Positions 7,698 through 14,321 of a stretch of DNA of 40,971 nucleotides are shown here, piece after piece. The notes below the pieces were generated by a model that was not told the DNA's origin, made no database searches, and was given only the letters and a program-made list of their open reading frames with translations. Origin of the DNA: a virus. Its lineage: Duplodnaviria > Caudoviricetes. The stretch covers positions 1 through 40,971 of IMG/VR virus record IMGVR_UViG_3300044976_000016. One strand, given 5' to 3'. Every line of letters starts with the position of its first letter. Position 1 is the stretch's first letter. The position numbers and the translations under genes are program-made.

Positions 7698-8552
7698 TTA
7701 CGCCACTGCCAGGACATGCCCACGCGGCACCTTGAAACCGGCCGCCTTGGCGTGCCCACCACCGCCGTACTGCTTCGCCACCTCCGACACGTCCACGCCT
7801 TCGTCGGTGGCGCGCAGGCCGAACACGCGGCCCTCGGCCGTGTCCCAGTAGCAGGCCGCGAACGGCTCGCCCTGCGCCATTAGGTGCGCCGCGTCGCTCA
7901 CCAGCGTGTAGGGCAGGCTGGCCACCGGCACGTCATAGGCGCCGATCACCATGCGCCGCTTGCACACCGCGACCAGCTCGGCCACATCCTTGTGGTGCTT
8001 GCGCTCGATGGCGGCGCCCGCCGCGGTCATCTTCAGCAGTTCCACCTGATCGGCGCTCATCAGCTTGTCCCACAACTCGAAGCTGTATTCGTGCGAGAAC
8101 ACGAACGCCTGAATCTCGCGCGTGCCCGGCAGCTTGAAGCGCCACAGGTCGCGGTCCTCCACATGGCCCAGCAGCAGCGGGCGGTCTTCGCCGGGGAAAA
8201 GGTAGTCCCAGGCCAGCGTGGCGCCGCTGCGGTTCAGGTCGGTGAAATGCGCCAGTTGCTTCGGCTCGCCGGTCCACGAGTCCTGCATGAACAGCGGCTG
8301 CAGGTCTTCGATGGCGGTCTTGTGGTGGTCGATCAGGCACACGCTGTTGGCCTCGGCCAGCATGCGCTCCACCACCGCGCGCTTGTAGCTGAAGTCCACC
8401 AAGAACACGTCGCGCCCGCGCACGTCGGGCGGGTCTTGCTGGTACACGCCGGCCACGTAGTCAGCGCCGGTGCCGTACTTCCGCCAGAAGCACCAGGCGG
8501 CGCTGAAGCCGTCCGCGCAGTTGCCGTGGTAGATCACAAGGGGTCGGTTCAC
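7698..8552 (-). CDS. DHH/DHHA1-family phosphoesterase (NrnB/oligoribonuclease-like), cassette B
   Basis: Motifs YHGNCADG, LVDF, IDHH, EDRDLW, GGGGH..AAGF; SD AAGGA before GTG. Confidence 0.85.
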   Translation of the reverse strand: MNRPLVIYHGNCADGFSAAWCFWRKYGTGADYVAGVYQQDPPDVRGRDVFLVDFSYKRAVVERMLAEANSVCLIDHHKTAIEDLQPLFMQDSWTGEPKQLAHFTDLNRSGATLAWDYLFPGEDRPLLLGHVEDRDLWRFKLPGTREIQAFVFSHEYSFELWDKLMSADQVELLKMTAAGAAIERKHHKDVAELVAVCKRRMVIGAYDVPVASLPYTLVSDAAHLMAQGEPFAACYWDTAEGRVFGLRATDEGVDVSEVAKQYGGGGHAKAAGFKVPRGHVLAVA

Positions 8553-8582
8553 TCGTCTTTCCTTTGGCTTCGGGTGAGAGGG

Positions 8583-8640
8583 GCACAACCCCTCAGTCAA
8601 CGCGACGGCCTACGGCCGCGCGTTACTTCGATCGTTAGGC
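8583..8640 (+). mobile_element. attC-like site 2 (58 bp)
   Basis: GCACAAC-CCCTC-AGT(C)AACGCG(A)CGGCC-TAC-GGCCGCGCGTTACT-TCGATC-GTTAGGC; same architecture as aadA-type 59-base elements. Confidence 0.9.
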
Positions 8641-8642
8641 GT

Positions 8643-8840
8643 CTATTCGTCCTGCATAGATTTCAGCCCCATCGATTCGCGCAGCATCCGTTCCACCTGA
8701 AACAGTGCTTCACGAACCGCGCCAATTTCGTCCACGCTGTACGTCACCAAGTGGCTGGCGTCTTTGTAGCCTTCCCACTTGACCGTGCCGGAGTCAAGGC
8801 GGCGGCGCTTTCCAGTGCGAATCTGAATTTCAATGTCCAT
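8643..8840 (-). CDS. Cassette C hypothetical protein (MDIEIQIRTGKRRR...)
   Basis: Single ORF filling the cassette; stop 2 bp from R'. Confidence 0.6.
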   Translation of the reverse strand: MDIEIQIRTGKRRRLDSGTVKWEGYKDASHLVTYSVDEIGAVREALFQVERMLRESMGLKSMQDE

Positions 8841-8869
8841 CGTCGTTTTCCGTGTTCGTTCACCAAGAC

Positions 8870-8932
8870 GCCTAACTGTCGCTTCGAGCGGACGGCCCCC
8901 AAGGGGCCGCGCGCTCAAGCTAATCGTTAGGC
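8870..8932 (+). mobile_element. attC-like site 3
   Basis: GCCTAAC-TGTC-GCTT(C)GAGCGG(A)CGGCCCC-CAA-GGGGCCGCGCGCTCAAGC-TAATC-GTTAGGC. Confidence 0.88.
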
Positions 8933-8940
8933 CACGCAAT

Positions 8941-9138
8941 TCAGTAGTCGCGCGCCCGTGCCGCAGCTTCGCGGCTCTCTTTGGTGCTCGTCAGCGCCTG
9001 GGAATACATAGCCGCGTACCCATTGGATGCCGGCTCCACAGCAACGCCTCCGGCCGGCGTCCAGCCGCGATCCAGCAACTCATTCACCTTCAGCTCAAGC
9101 TCGCTTGGCCCGTAGCCGGTAGCAATCTGGTAGTCCAT
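8941..9138 (-). CDS. Cassette D small protein, DUF1737-like
   Basis: Pattern Y.I.....L...VNE.L..GW...GG....Y.QA; SD AGGAG. Confidence 0.6.
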   Translation of the reverse strand: MDYQIATGYGPSELELKVNELLDRGWTPAGGVAVEPASNGYAAMYSQALTSTKESREAAARARDY

Positions 9139-9165
9139 CGTTCTCTCCTTCGGCCACCATGCGTG

Positions 9166-9252
9166 GCCTAACCCGTCACTCCAAGCGGACGCCCGGCGGC
9201 ATCCGCGCCCTTCGGCCCTGCCGTGCAGGCGCCGCTTAGTTCTGCGTTCGGC
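9166..9252 (+). mobile_element. attC-like site 4
   Basis: GCCTAAC-CCGTC-ACT(CC)AAGCGG(A)CGCC...GGCGCCGCTTAGT-TCTGC-GTTCGGC. Confidence 0.85.
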
Positions 9253-9253
9253 T

Positions 9254-9633
9254 TCACTTCTGCGCGCCGACGCTCATGAACGGCACAGGGTGCTAGGCAC
9301 GATGGAATAGCGCACGGTTAGGCTTGTCTTCACGGGTTGCGTGTCGCTCGTGGCGCCGTCCGCCTCCTTAACGTCTGCCTGTTCGGCGCGGATGTTGAAA
9401 ATGCTCAGTGCCTGCCAGGGCGCGATGAGCGTGAACCCATCGTTCTCGATGCCCTTGATCGCTCCCCCGACGGTGATGACGCCGCGGTGCCCTGTCGGCA
9501 CGGTGCGAATCGGCCAGAACATCACCAGCAGGACCAGCAGCACGAACACAGCCATGCCGTCGCGCACCAACGGGAATACGCGAACGGCATTCCCGCGCGG
9601 GGTTGCTTCAAGGTATCGATTCAGAAAGCTCAT
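9254..9633 (-). pseudogene. SPFH/prohibitin (band 7) gene with apparent internal deletion, cassette E
   Basis: TM helix then TVPTGHRGV...APWQ...TSDTQPV...VRY breaks off at ~110 aa; an out-of-frame tail PVPFMSVGAQK* ends next to R'. Confidence 0.65.
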
Positions 9634-9667
9634 TCATTCCTCCAGTTGTGGCTTCGTTGTGGGTGAA

Positions 9668-9724
9668 GCCGAACCCATCGCTGAACGGGACGCCTAGCGG
9701 CGCCCGTTAGCTCCACCGTTAGGC
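9668..9724 (+). mobile_element. attC-like site 5 (57 bp)
   Basis: GCCGAAC-CCATC-GCT(G)AACGGG(A)CGCC-TAGC-GGCGCCCGTTAGC-TCCACC-GTTAGGC. Confidence 0.9.
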
Positions 9725-9964
9725 GTCGAAGTCATCGCGCGCCGGTTTGTTGATTTGACGCTCCGCTTTGTGGGTGCGCCGCTTGTGGTGCTTCCCGCCT
9801 CGTGGCGACAAAGTGCCGCCCGCCTTGTTGTAGGGCCGCGCGCTCCAGTATTCGTAGCCGGTGCCTTTGGGCTCCTTGCAGGTGCGTTTCCTCGCGCTCA
9901 CGACGCCTAACCTTTCGCTCAAGGGCGACCCAGCACGGCGGGTCGCGTTGTCACGCTTCGGCAC
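9719..9964 (-). CDS. Cassette F small basic protein (…KGTGYEYWSARP…HKAERQ)
   Basis: TAA stop inside R' of site 5; start uncertain (GTG in the attC 6 loop or near 9901). Confidence 0.55.
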   Translation of the reverse strand: MPKRDNATRRAGSPLSERLGVVSARKRTCKEPKGTGYEYWSARPYNKAGGTLSPRGGKHHKRRTHKAERQINKPARDDFDA

Positions 9965-10006
9965 GGCCCGTGCGCCGTGCTGATCGCCTTAGCTCAATCG
10001 TTAGGC
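9905..10006 (+). mobile_element. attC-like site 6
   Basis: GCCTAAC-CTTTC-GCT(C)AAGGGCGACCCAGCACGGCG...CGCCGTGCTGATCGCCTTAGC-TCAATC-GTTAGGC. Confidence 0.85.
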
Positions 10007-10375
10007 CCGCTCCAGCCATCGGCTAGCCAGAAACGCCACCGCTGCGGCCTTGTGCTCGTGCTTTGGCGCGAAGGAGCCCTGAATCACCTGCAGGTGCCGC
10101 ATCGCCTTCCGCAGGTCGATTCCCGCCCTCGGCGTCGGCGCTTGCTTCAGTCCGCAGTAAAACCACTCAGCCTGCCATTGCGCCCACGGGTGCGCGCTGC
10201 ACTTGAACTCGTCAGGAATCTGGCTGTACTCAGGCATCAGTTTCAGGGCGCGCGCCGGGAACGCGCAGTCGGCATCTGTCACATCATGCGGCGTGTCAAA
10301 GTCCGCGCGCTCCGGCTCCAGCCGCCCAACCCCTCGGTGAACGGCGACGCCCGCCGGCTGGTCACTCTTGCTCAT
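10001..10375 (-). CDS. Cassette G phage-type hypothetical protein (…SFAPKHEHKAAAVAFL)
   Basis: SD AGGAGG and ATG in the attC 7 loop; TAA stop in R' of site 6. Confidence 0.7.
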   Translation of the reverse strand: MSKSDQPAGVAVHRGVGRLEPERADFDTPHDVTDADCAFPARALKLMPEYSQIPDEFKCSAHPWAQWQAEWFYCGLKQAPTPRAGIDLRKAMRHLQVIQGSFAPKHEHKAAAVAFLASRWLERA

Positions 10376-10425
10376 CTGCCACCTCCTGCGCGGCCGTCGG
10401 TCGCGCGTTACCTCGAACGTTGGGC
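10324..10425 (+). mobile_element. attC-like site 7 (imperfect inner stem)
   Basis: GCCCAAC-CCCTC-GGT(G)AACG...CGTTACC-TCGAAC-GTTGGGC. Confidence 0.75.
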
Positions 10426-10622
10426 GTCTTACTGCGCACCGACTCAAGCGCTCCGCAACGCGGGCAGAGCTCATCGGCGGCGCCGTATGCTGCGCGGCAG
10501 TGCGCGCACTCGTATCCAGTAACCTGCTTACTGGTTTGCGGCTTATCCAGCAACCCAGGTTGCTGCCTTGCGGCCTGCCGTGCGGCATCGCGCCGCGCGT
10601 GATCTGTGGTGTACCAGCTCAT
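10362..10622 (-). CDS. Zinc-ribbon protein (CAHC...CPRC); C-terminus reads through the attC 7 right arm
   Basis: Two CxxC pairs; ATGA-coupled to the upstream gene; ends KTPNVRGN... Confidence 0.6.
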   Translation of the reverse strand: MSWYTTDHARRDAARQAARQQPGLLDKPQTSKQVTGYECAHCRAAYGAADELCPRCGALESVRSKTPNVRGNARPTAAQEVADEQE

Positions 10623-10807
10623 GTGTCGTCCCATTCCAGCATCCAGTGCGGCATTGCCACTCGCGCCATCATCCACTCCGGCCACGCCCGCACTTCGCGC
10701 TGCGCTGCCGTTATCTGCGCCAGTAGAGCCGCGCGCTTCGGACACGGCCGCCCAACACGCCGTTCGAGCCGAGGCGCAACGGCAGCTTTTCGCTTCGGGT
10801 CAGTCAT
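10619..10807 (-). CDS. Cassette H hypothetical protein (MTDPKRKAAVAPRLERRVGRP...)
   Basis: ATG in the loop of attC 8; N-terminus encoded by the attC arm. Confidence 0.55.
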   Translation of the reverse strand: MTDPKRKAAVAPRLERRVGRPCPKRAALLAQITAAQREVRAWPEWMMARVAMPHWMLEWDDT

Positions 10808-10837
10808 CGCGCGCCCGGCTCAACGGCAACGTTGGGC
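10750..10837 (+). mobile_element. attC-like site 8
   Basis: GCCCAAC-ACGC-CGTT(C)GAGCCG(A)GGCGC...GCGCCCGGCTCAACG-GCAAC-GTTGGGC. Confidence 0.85.
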
Positions 10838-10977
10838 GTCTTGCTGCACACGGCCCGCGCCACGTTAAGCGCTCTGAGCTTCGCGTCGATGTCGGCAACC
10901 GGCTCGCGCATGAAGTCGATGGTGATGCCGTGCTCATGGCCCTGCGCTTCCGGGTCGCGGCAAGCCGCGCCGTGCAA

Positions 10978-10996
10978 CTTAGCTCCCACGTTAGGC
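10978..10996 (+). mobile_element. attC right half-site (L' CTTAGC-TCCCAC-R' GTTAGGC); left arm missing
   Basis: Same L'/R' spacing as sites 5 and 6; contains the TAA of gene 10991..11218. Confidence 0.6.
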
Positions 10997-11218
10997 CCTG
11001 CGCACTGCGGCTGTGCAGTCCCATCCCACATTTTCACTGGGCTTCACTCCGCGCCGTCTGCACTCTGTCATGTAGTGCGCAAGCGCCTGGTCTGCAGCAT
11101 GGTCGAGTGCCGCCTGCCAGCAGCGGCGCAATCGCCGCGTCTCTAGGTCGTCGTCGCTCGGCAGGTACTTTCCACCGCGACACTCTGCTTCCCACTTAGC
11201 CCACTCATCAAATTTCAT
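10991..11218 (-). CDS. Hypothetical protein (MKFDEWAKWE...RCWQAAL)
   Basis: SD GAGGA; stop lies in the R' box. Confidence 0.6.
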   Translation of the reverse strand: MKFDEWAKWEAECRGGKYLPSDDDLETRRLRRCWQAALDHAADQALAHYMTECRRRGVKPSENVGWDCTAAVRRA

Positions 11219-11258
11219 GTTGTCCTCGCTGTAGGTGCGCTGTTAAGCGGACTGCCTG

Positions 11259-11281
11259 CGTTAACATTGCGCTCAAGCGGA
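11259..11281 (+). mobile_element. attC left half-site (CGTTAAC-ATTGC-GCT(C)AAGCGG(A)); right arm missing
   Basis: R''/L'' spacing as in site 6; lies within a 31-aa minus-strand ORF 11215..11310 (MSEPTQAVGAPLERNV...). Confidence 0.5.
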
Positions 11282-11313
11282 GCACCAACGGCCTGGGTAG
11301 GTTCACTCATTTC

Positions 11314-11532
11314 TCAGGCCTTCAATTCAAAGCGCAATCGGTCAACGAAGTCTGCGCACTCGTTTCTGTAGCGCGCCCATCCCGCGTAAGGCGTGGGAGG
11401 CTGCTTGGGAAGCGCTTGCAAAATGCGCGTCACCAACGGGCGATCGTCTTCCTGTAGTGGGCGCACTTCCGCGCGCTCCGGCGCCAGGCCGAACCCTGCG
11501 TTCGAGCCGTTCAGCAGCATCGGGCGCTTCAC
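11314..11532 (-). CDS. Hypothetical protein
   Basis: GTGA-coupled chain in the early-left operon. Confidence 0.5.
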   Translation of the reverse strand: MKRPMLLNGSNAGFGLAPERAEVRPLQEDDRPLVTRILQALPKQPPTPYAGWARYRNECADFVDRLRFELKA

Positions 11533-11699
11533 GAAAACATCCCTCGCTCGATCGGCAAGCCTTCTTCTACCATGCGCGCAGCCTCGCGCAGCGCCCAGGC
11601 AATCGCGGCGCGGTCGTCTTTGCTGCTCCCGGCGTCACTCACGCTCACGTCCAGTTCGCCATCGTCGTCGTGCTGAATCACTACCGTGTACGTGCTCAT
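11529..11699 (-). CDS. Hypothetical protein (MSTYTVVIQHDDDG...)
   Basis: Purine-rich RBS; coupled to neighbours. Confidence 0.55.
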   Translation of the reverse strand: MSTYTVVIQHDDDGELDVSVSDAGSSKDDRAAIAWALREAARMVEEGLPIERGMFS

Positions 11700-11713
11700 G
11701 TTTTCTCTCTTCG

Positions 11714-12160
11714 TTACGCCCGCTGGCTCAGGTGATGCTTTGACCACGGCCCGCGGATCATCCTCTCGAATCTCTCGCGCGCCTCGGGATTGTGGTCGAT
11801 GTCGGCGCGGCTATCGACTCCGCAGATCATGCGAACGACACATGCTGCGCGGTCTGCACCGCTGCCGGCTTGGAATGCGTGCGTAACCTCCTCGCACGCT
11901 TCCAGATATGTGTCCGACAGCCACAACTGAAACTCCAGCTCGTTGCACCGCATGCCGAGCCATTTGGAAATCTCGCCGCCCTTCGGCTTCTCGGGCTTTT
12001 CAACGACGGTAAGCAGCCGCGCGAGAGCGATAGGCGTTCCGGGGGCGCCGAATAGCCGGAAGCCGTCCTGCGCGTGGCGCGGCTCGATGTCGCAGACGAT
12101 CCTAAGCGTTCCGTCGGCCATCGTCTGAAGGCGCACGGTGGAGGCTTCGATTGCGCTCAT
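11714..12160 (-). CDS. Phage hypothetical protein (…TMADGTLRIVCDIEP…CGVDSRADID)
   Basis: ATGA-coupled; composition typical of lambdoid early proteins. Confidence 0.65.
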   Translation of the reverse strand: MSAIEASTVRLQTMADGTLRIVCDIEPRHAQDGFRLFGAPGTPIALARLLTVVEKPEKPKGGEISKWLGMRCNELEFQLWLSDTYLEACEEVTHAFQAGSGADRAACVVRMICGVDSRADIDHNPEARERFERMIRGPWSKHHLSQRA

Positions 12161-12429
12161 GGCATCGGCCTTTCGGGACGCATGCACTTCCCGGCGTGAG
12201 AGCAGTGCGGTTGCCATATGCAATCGTGTTCACTCGCGCATTTGCGGCTGCTCTCGATGGCGAGCGCATCGCGCAATCGCTCAATCTCCGCGTCTGCTGA
12301 CAGCGTCAGTTCGGCCGCAGCGTGGCGGGCGTCTCGGTGGCCGTACTTGTAGCCACGGCAGAAGGCGTCGGATTCAGCGCCAGCATCCACATTGTCCGGC
12401 AGGTTCATGATCTGTCTGTGAAGGCTCAT
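12157..12429 (-). CDS. Hypothetical protein (MSLHRQIMNL…GHRDARHAAAE)
   Basis: ATGA-coupled. Confidence 0.6.
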   Translation of the reverse strand: MSLHRQIMNLPDNVDAGAESDAFCRGYKYGHRDARHAAAELTLSADAEIERLRDALAIESSRKCASEHDCIWQPHCSHAGKCMRPERPMP

Positions 12430-12728
12430 GTCTGCACCATCGCAGCAGCAGCGCGCACGATTGCGCGGCGTGTGGCGGCGCCGACGTTCTCCGCGCCTTT
12501 AAATGGCTCTTGAACTTCGACCGCTTCACATTGCGTATCCTTGCCGGGGTAGCCCCATACCTCTGTGTATCGGCTATGCCCGATGTCCACAGTAAGGCTC
12601 AGTTCCACCGCAAGACGCAGCGCATCACCGTCGTCGGTTAGCGGGTTCCACTTGCCGTGCGACAGGAGATTCTCGTACTCCACGCCAGCCGCCTTAGCGG
12701 CCCTCTCCAGCAGTTCGCGGTCTGTCAT
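12426..12728 (-). CDS. Phage hypothetical protein (MTDRELLERAAKAAG…WNPLTDDGDALRLAV…ATRRAIVRAAA)
   Basis: Recognisable widespread phage motif set; SD GGAG. Confidence 0.75.
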   Translation of the reverse strand: MTDRELLERAAKAAGVEYENLLSHGKWNPLTDDGDALRLAVELSLTVDIGHSRYTEVWGYPGKDTQCEAVEVQEPFKGAENVGAATRRAIVRAAAAMVQT

Positions 12729-12763
12729 AACTTCATCTCCCCGATAACGACGAGGCTTGGGCA

Positions 12764-13096
12764 TCACGCCACCATCGCCTGCATGGCCTGCTGCAGCGCC
12801 TTCGCGCGCTCGCGGTGCCTGCTCTGCCGCTCGGCATGCGTTCGCGGTGCGGGCCGGGGCGCGTTGCGTCCCTTGCCCAGCTTGTACGCCCGGAGCGTCC
12901 GTCGGCCTCGGGTGTCCTCGTGCCACGCGGCAACATGGATCAGCCCGCGAGCGAACAACGTGGCGATGTAGCGCCGCGTCGTGGTGTAGCTGACGCCTGT
13001 CTCGTCGCTGATGTCCACCACCGACACGGGTCCGTGCATCAGGGCTTCGATCATGATGGCCGACGACAGGTGATTGAGAGTTGACGGTCGTTTCAT
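12764..13096 (-). CDS. Winged-helix DNA-binding protein
   Basis: SVVDISDETGVSYTTTRRYI HTH followed by IHVAAW…YKLG wing. Confidence 0.65.
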   Translation of the reverse strand: MKRPSTLNHLSSAIMIEALMHGPVSVVDISDETGVSYTTTRRYIATLFARGLIHVAAWHEDTRGRRTLRAYKLGKGRNAPRPAPRTHAERQSRHRERAKALQQAMQAMVA

Positions 13097-13803
13097 GCCG
13101 CCTCTTTCGCCGGATTGGCCTTGATGAACGCCCGCAAGCGGGACTCAGGTGTGGAACCGCCGCCGGGGCCTTTCAGGAAGCCCCACACACACATCTTTTC
13201 CTCGTTCGTCGGCAGCGAGTAGTAGCCCTTCGCGGCTTCCAGTTCGCGGCCGGATGTGAACAGGTCCAGCATGTCGGCGGCGTACACCTCAAGCTCGTCA
13301 ACACGCTCCTGAGTCAAGCCGTCCATGCGCTCGATGCGCTCCTGATCCCGCCAGTGCTTGTCAGCGGACGCGACGTACTTGGAGTCATCCCACATGCCCG
13401 AGAAGATGTCGCCAGCGAAGCCGAGGTAACTCGCGCACTTCACCAGCGCGTCGGTGACGGACTTCTTTGGCGCGTCCTCGTCCACCATCAGCCCGCCGTC
13501 GCTTTTCTTGTACGTGGCCTTCGTCTGCCCGATCTGCTGCAACTCCCCGCGCTTGCCGTCGAGCACGTACCAAAGCGACACGACGGCGATGTGCAGGGTG
13601 TCGGTGTCGGTCAGGCGCTCCATGCGCTCACTGGCGATCTGGAAGCCCCAGCCGATGCCGCATGGCCCGAACTCGTCGGTCAGGCGCTCGACGATCCAGT
13701 ACGGTTTCGGACTGTTGCCCTTGTACTGCTTGCCGGTGATCGGCTTTACCGCCTTCGGGTCGGTGGTGAAGGCGCGTTCCCACAGTGCCTTATTCGGGTT
13801 CAC
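13093..13803 (-). CDS. Rad52/Sak-like single-strand annealing protein
   Basis: Motifs LTDEFGPCGIGWG, DEDAPKKSVTDALVKCASYLGFAGDIF, DDSKY. Confidence 0.75.
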   Translation of the reverse strand: MNPNKALWERAFTTDPKAVKPITGKQYKGNSPKPYWIVERLTDEFGPCGIGWGFQIASERMERLTDTDTLHIAVVSLWYVLDGKRGELQQIGQTKATYKKSDGGLMVDEDAPKKSVTDALVKCASYLGFAGDIFSGMWDDSKYVASADKHWRDQERIERMDGLTQERVDELEVYAADMLDLFTSGRELEAAKGYYSLPTNEEKMCVWGFLKGPGGGSTPESRLRAFIKANPAKEAA

Positions 13804-13921
13804 GCATGCTCTCCTGTTGCTCGCACTGAGCAGTGATGATTGCCTCGCGCTGGTATTCCTCGGCCAGCACATCTAGGATGGATTCGAGCGCCGCTTCGAC
13901 GGCTTCGTCTTCGTCGTTCAT
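13790..13921 (-). CDS. Small acidic protein (MNDEDEAVEAALES…)
   Basis: ATGA-coupled; very acidic. Confidence 0.45.
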   Translation of the reverse strand: MNDEDEAVEAALESILDVLAEEYQREAIITAQCEQQESMREPE

Positions 13922-14145
13922 TGCCACGCCCACCGCGCCCACTCGAAGAGGCGCCACAGCCCAGCGACGGCCAGCACCACGCCGCAGACAGCGAAGGGCC
14001 AGACAATCGCGCCGCGACCTTCGACGGGATCGTCCTGGCCGATGTCCGTAGCAGCCTCGGCGTAGCACTGGCCGGGGCTCTGGCACTCGGTGCGGCCTTG
14101 CCAGCAGTCGCCGCGGCAGCCTGTGAAGCGCATGGCCGGGCTCAC
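13918..14145 (-). CDS. Small Cys-containing membrane protein
   Basis: CxxxCxQGRxxC motif plus C-terminal TM helix; coupled. Confidence 0.5.
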   Translation of the reverse strand: MSPAMRFTGCRGDCWQGRTECQSPGQCYAEAATDIGQDDPVEGRGAIVWPFAVCGVVLAVAGLWRLFEWARWAWQ

Positions 14146-14321
14146 GACAGCCACCCCACAGCGACAGCAGCGAGGACAGCGACGAGGCCGACAGCGATGA
14201 GCAGATCGGTAATCGCGTGGCGGCGCTCGAAGCTATAGACGGCATAGGCGCTATCGACCGTGCTGGCTCCGGTGCGAGGCGCATAGCGCCAGCGCCTCCA
14301 GTGCGTGTCCTTGGGGCTCAT
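14142..14321 (-). CDS. Small membrane protein (MSPKDTHWRRWRY…LLIAVGLVAVLAAVAVGWLS)
   Basis: Read manually; overlapping stop/start at both ends. Confidence 0.5.
   Translation of the reverse strand: MSPKDTHWRRWRYAPRTGASTVDSAYAVYSFERRHAITDLLIAVGLVAVLAAVAVGWLS

Noticed and set aside
6894-8930. Long + strand ORFs 6894..7883 and 7884..8930 as canonical top-strand cassette genes
   Set aside because: They run through attC sites, have no recognisable motifs and are antisense shadows of well-formed genes such as the DHH enzyme in GC-rich DNA
7596-10837. Hairpin array as CRISPR, REP/BIME elements or rho-independent terminators
   Set aside because: Repeats are not sequence-identical, spacers are whole genes, there are no U-tracts, and the boxes and bulges fit attC
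10804-11037. ORF 10804..11037 as a confident gene
   Set aside because: It overlaps 10991..11218 and runs through a half-site; its 3' part may be translated (coupled stop at 10804) but the start cannot be placed
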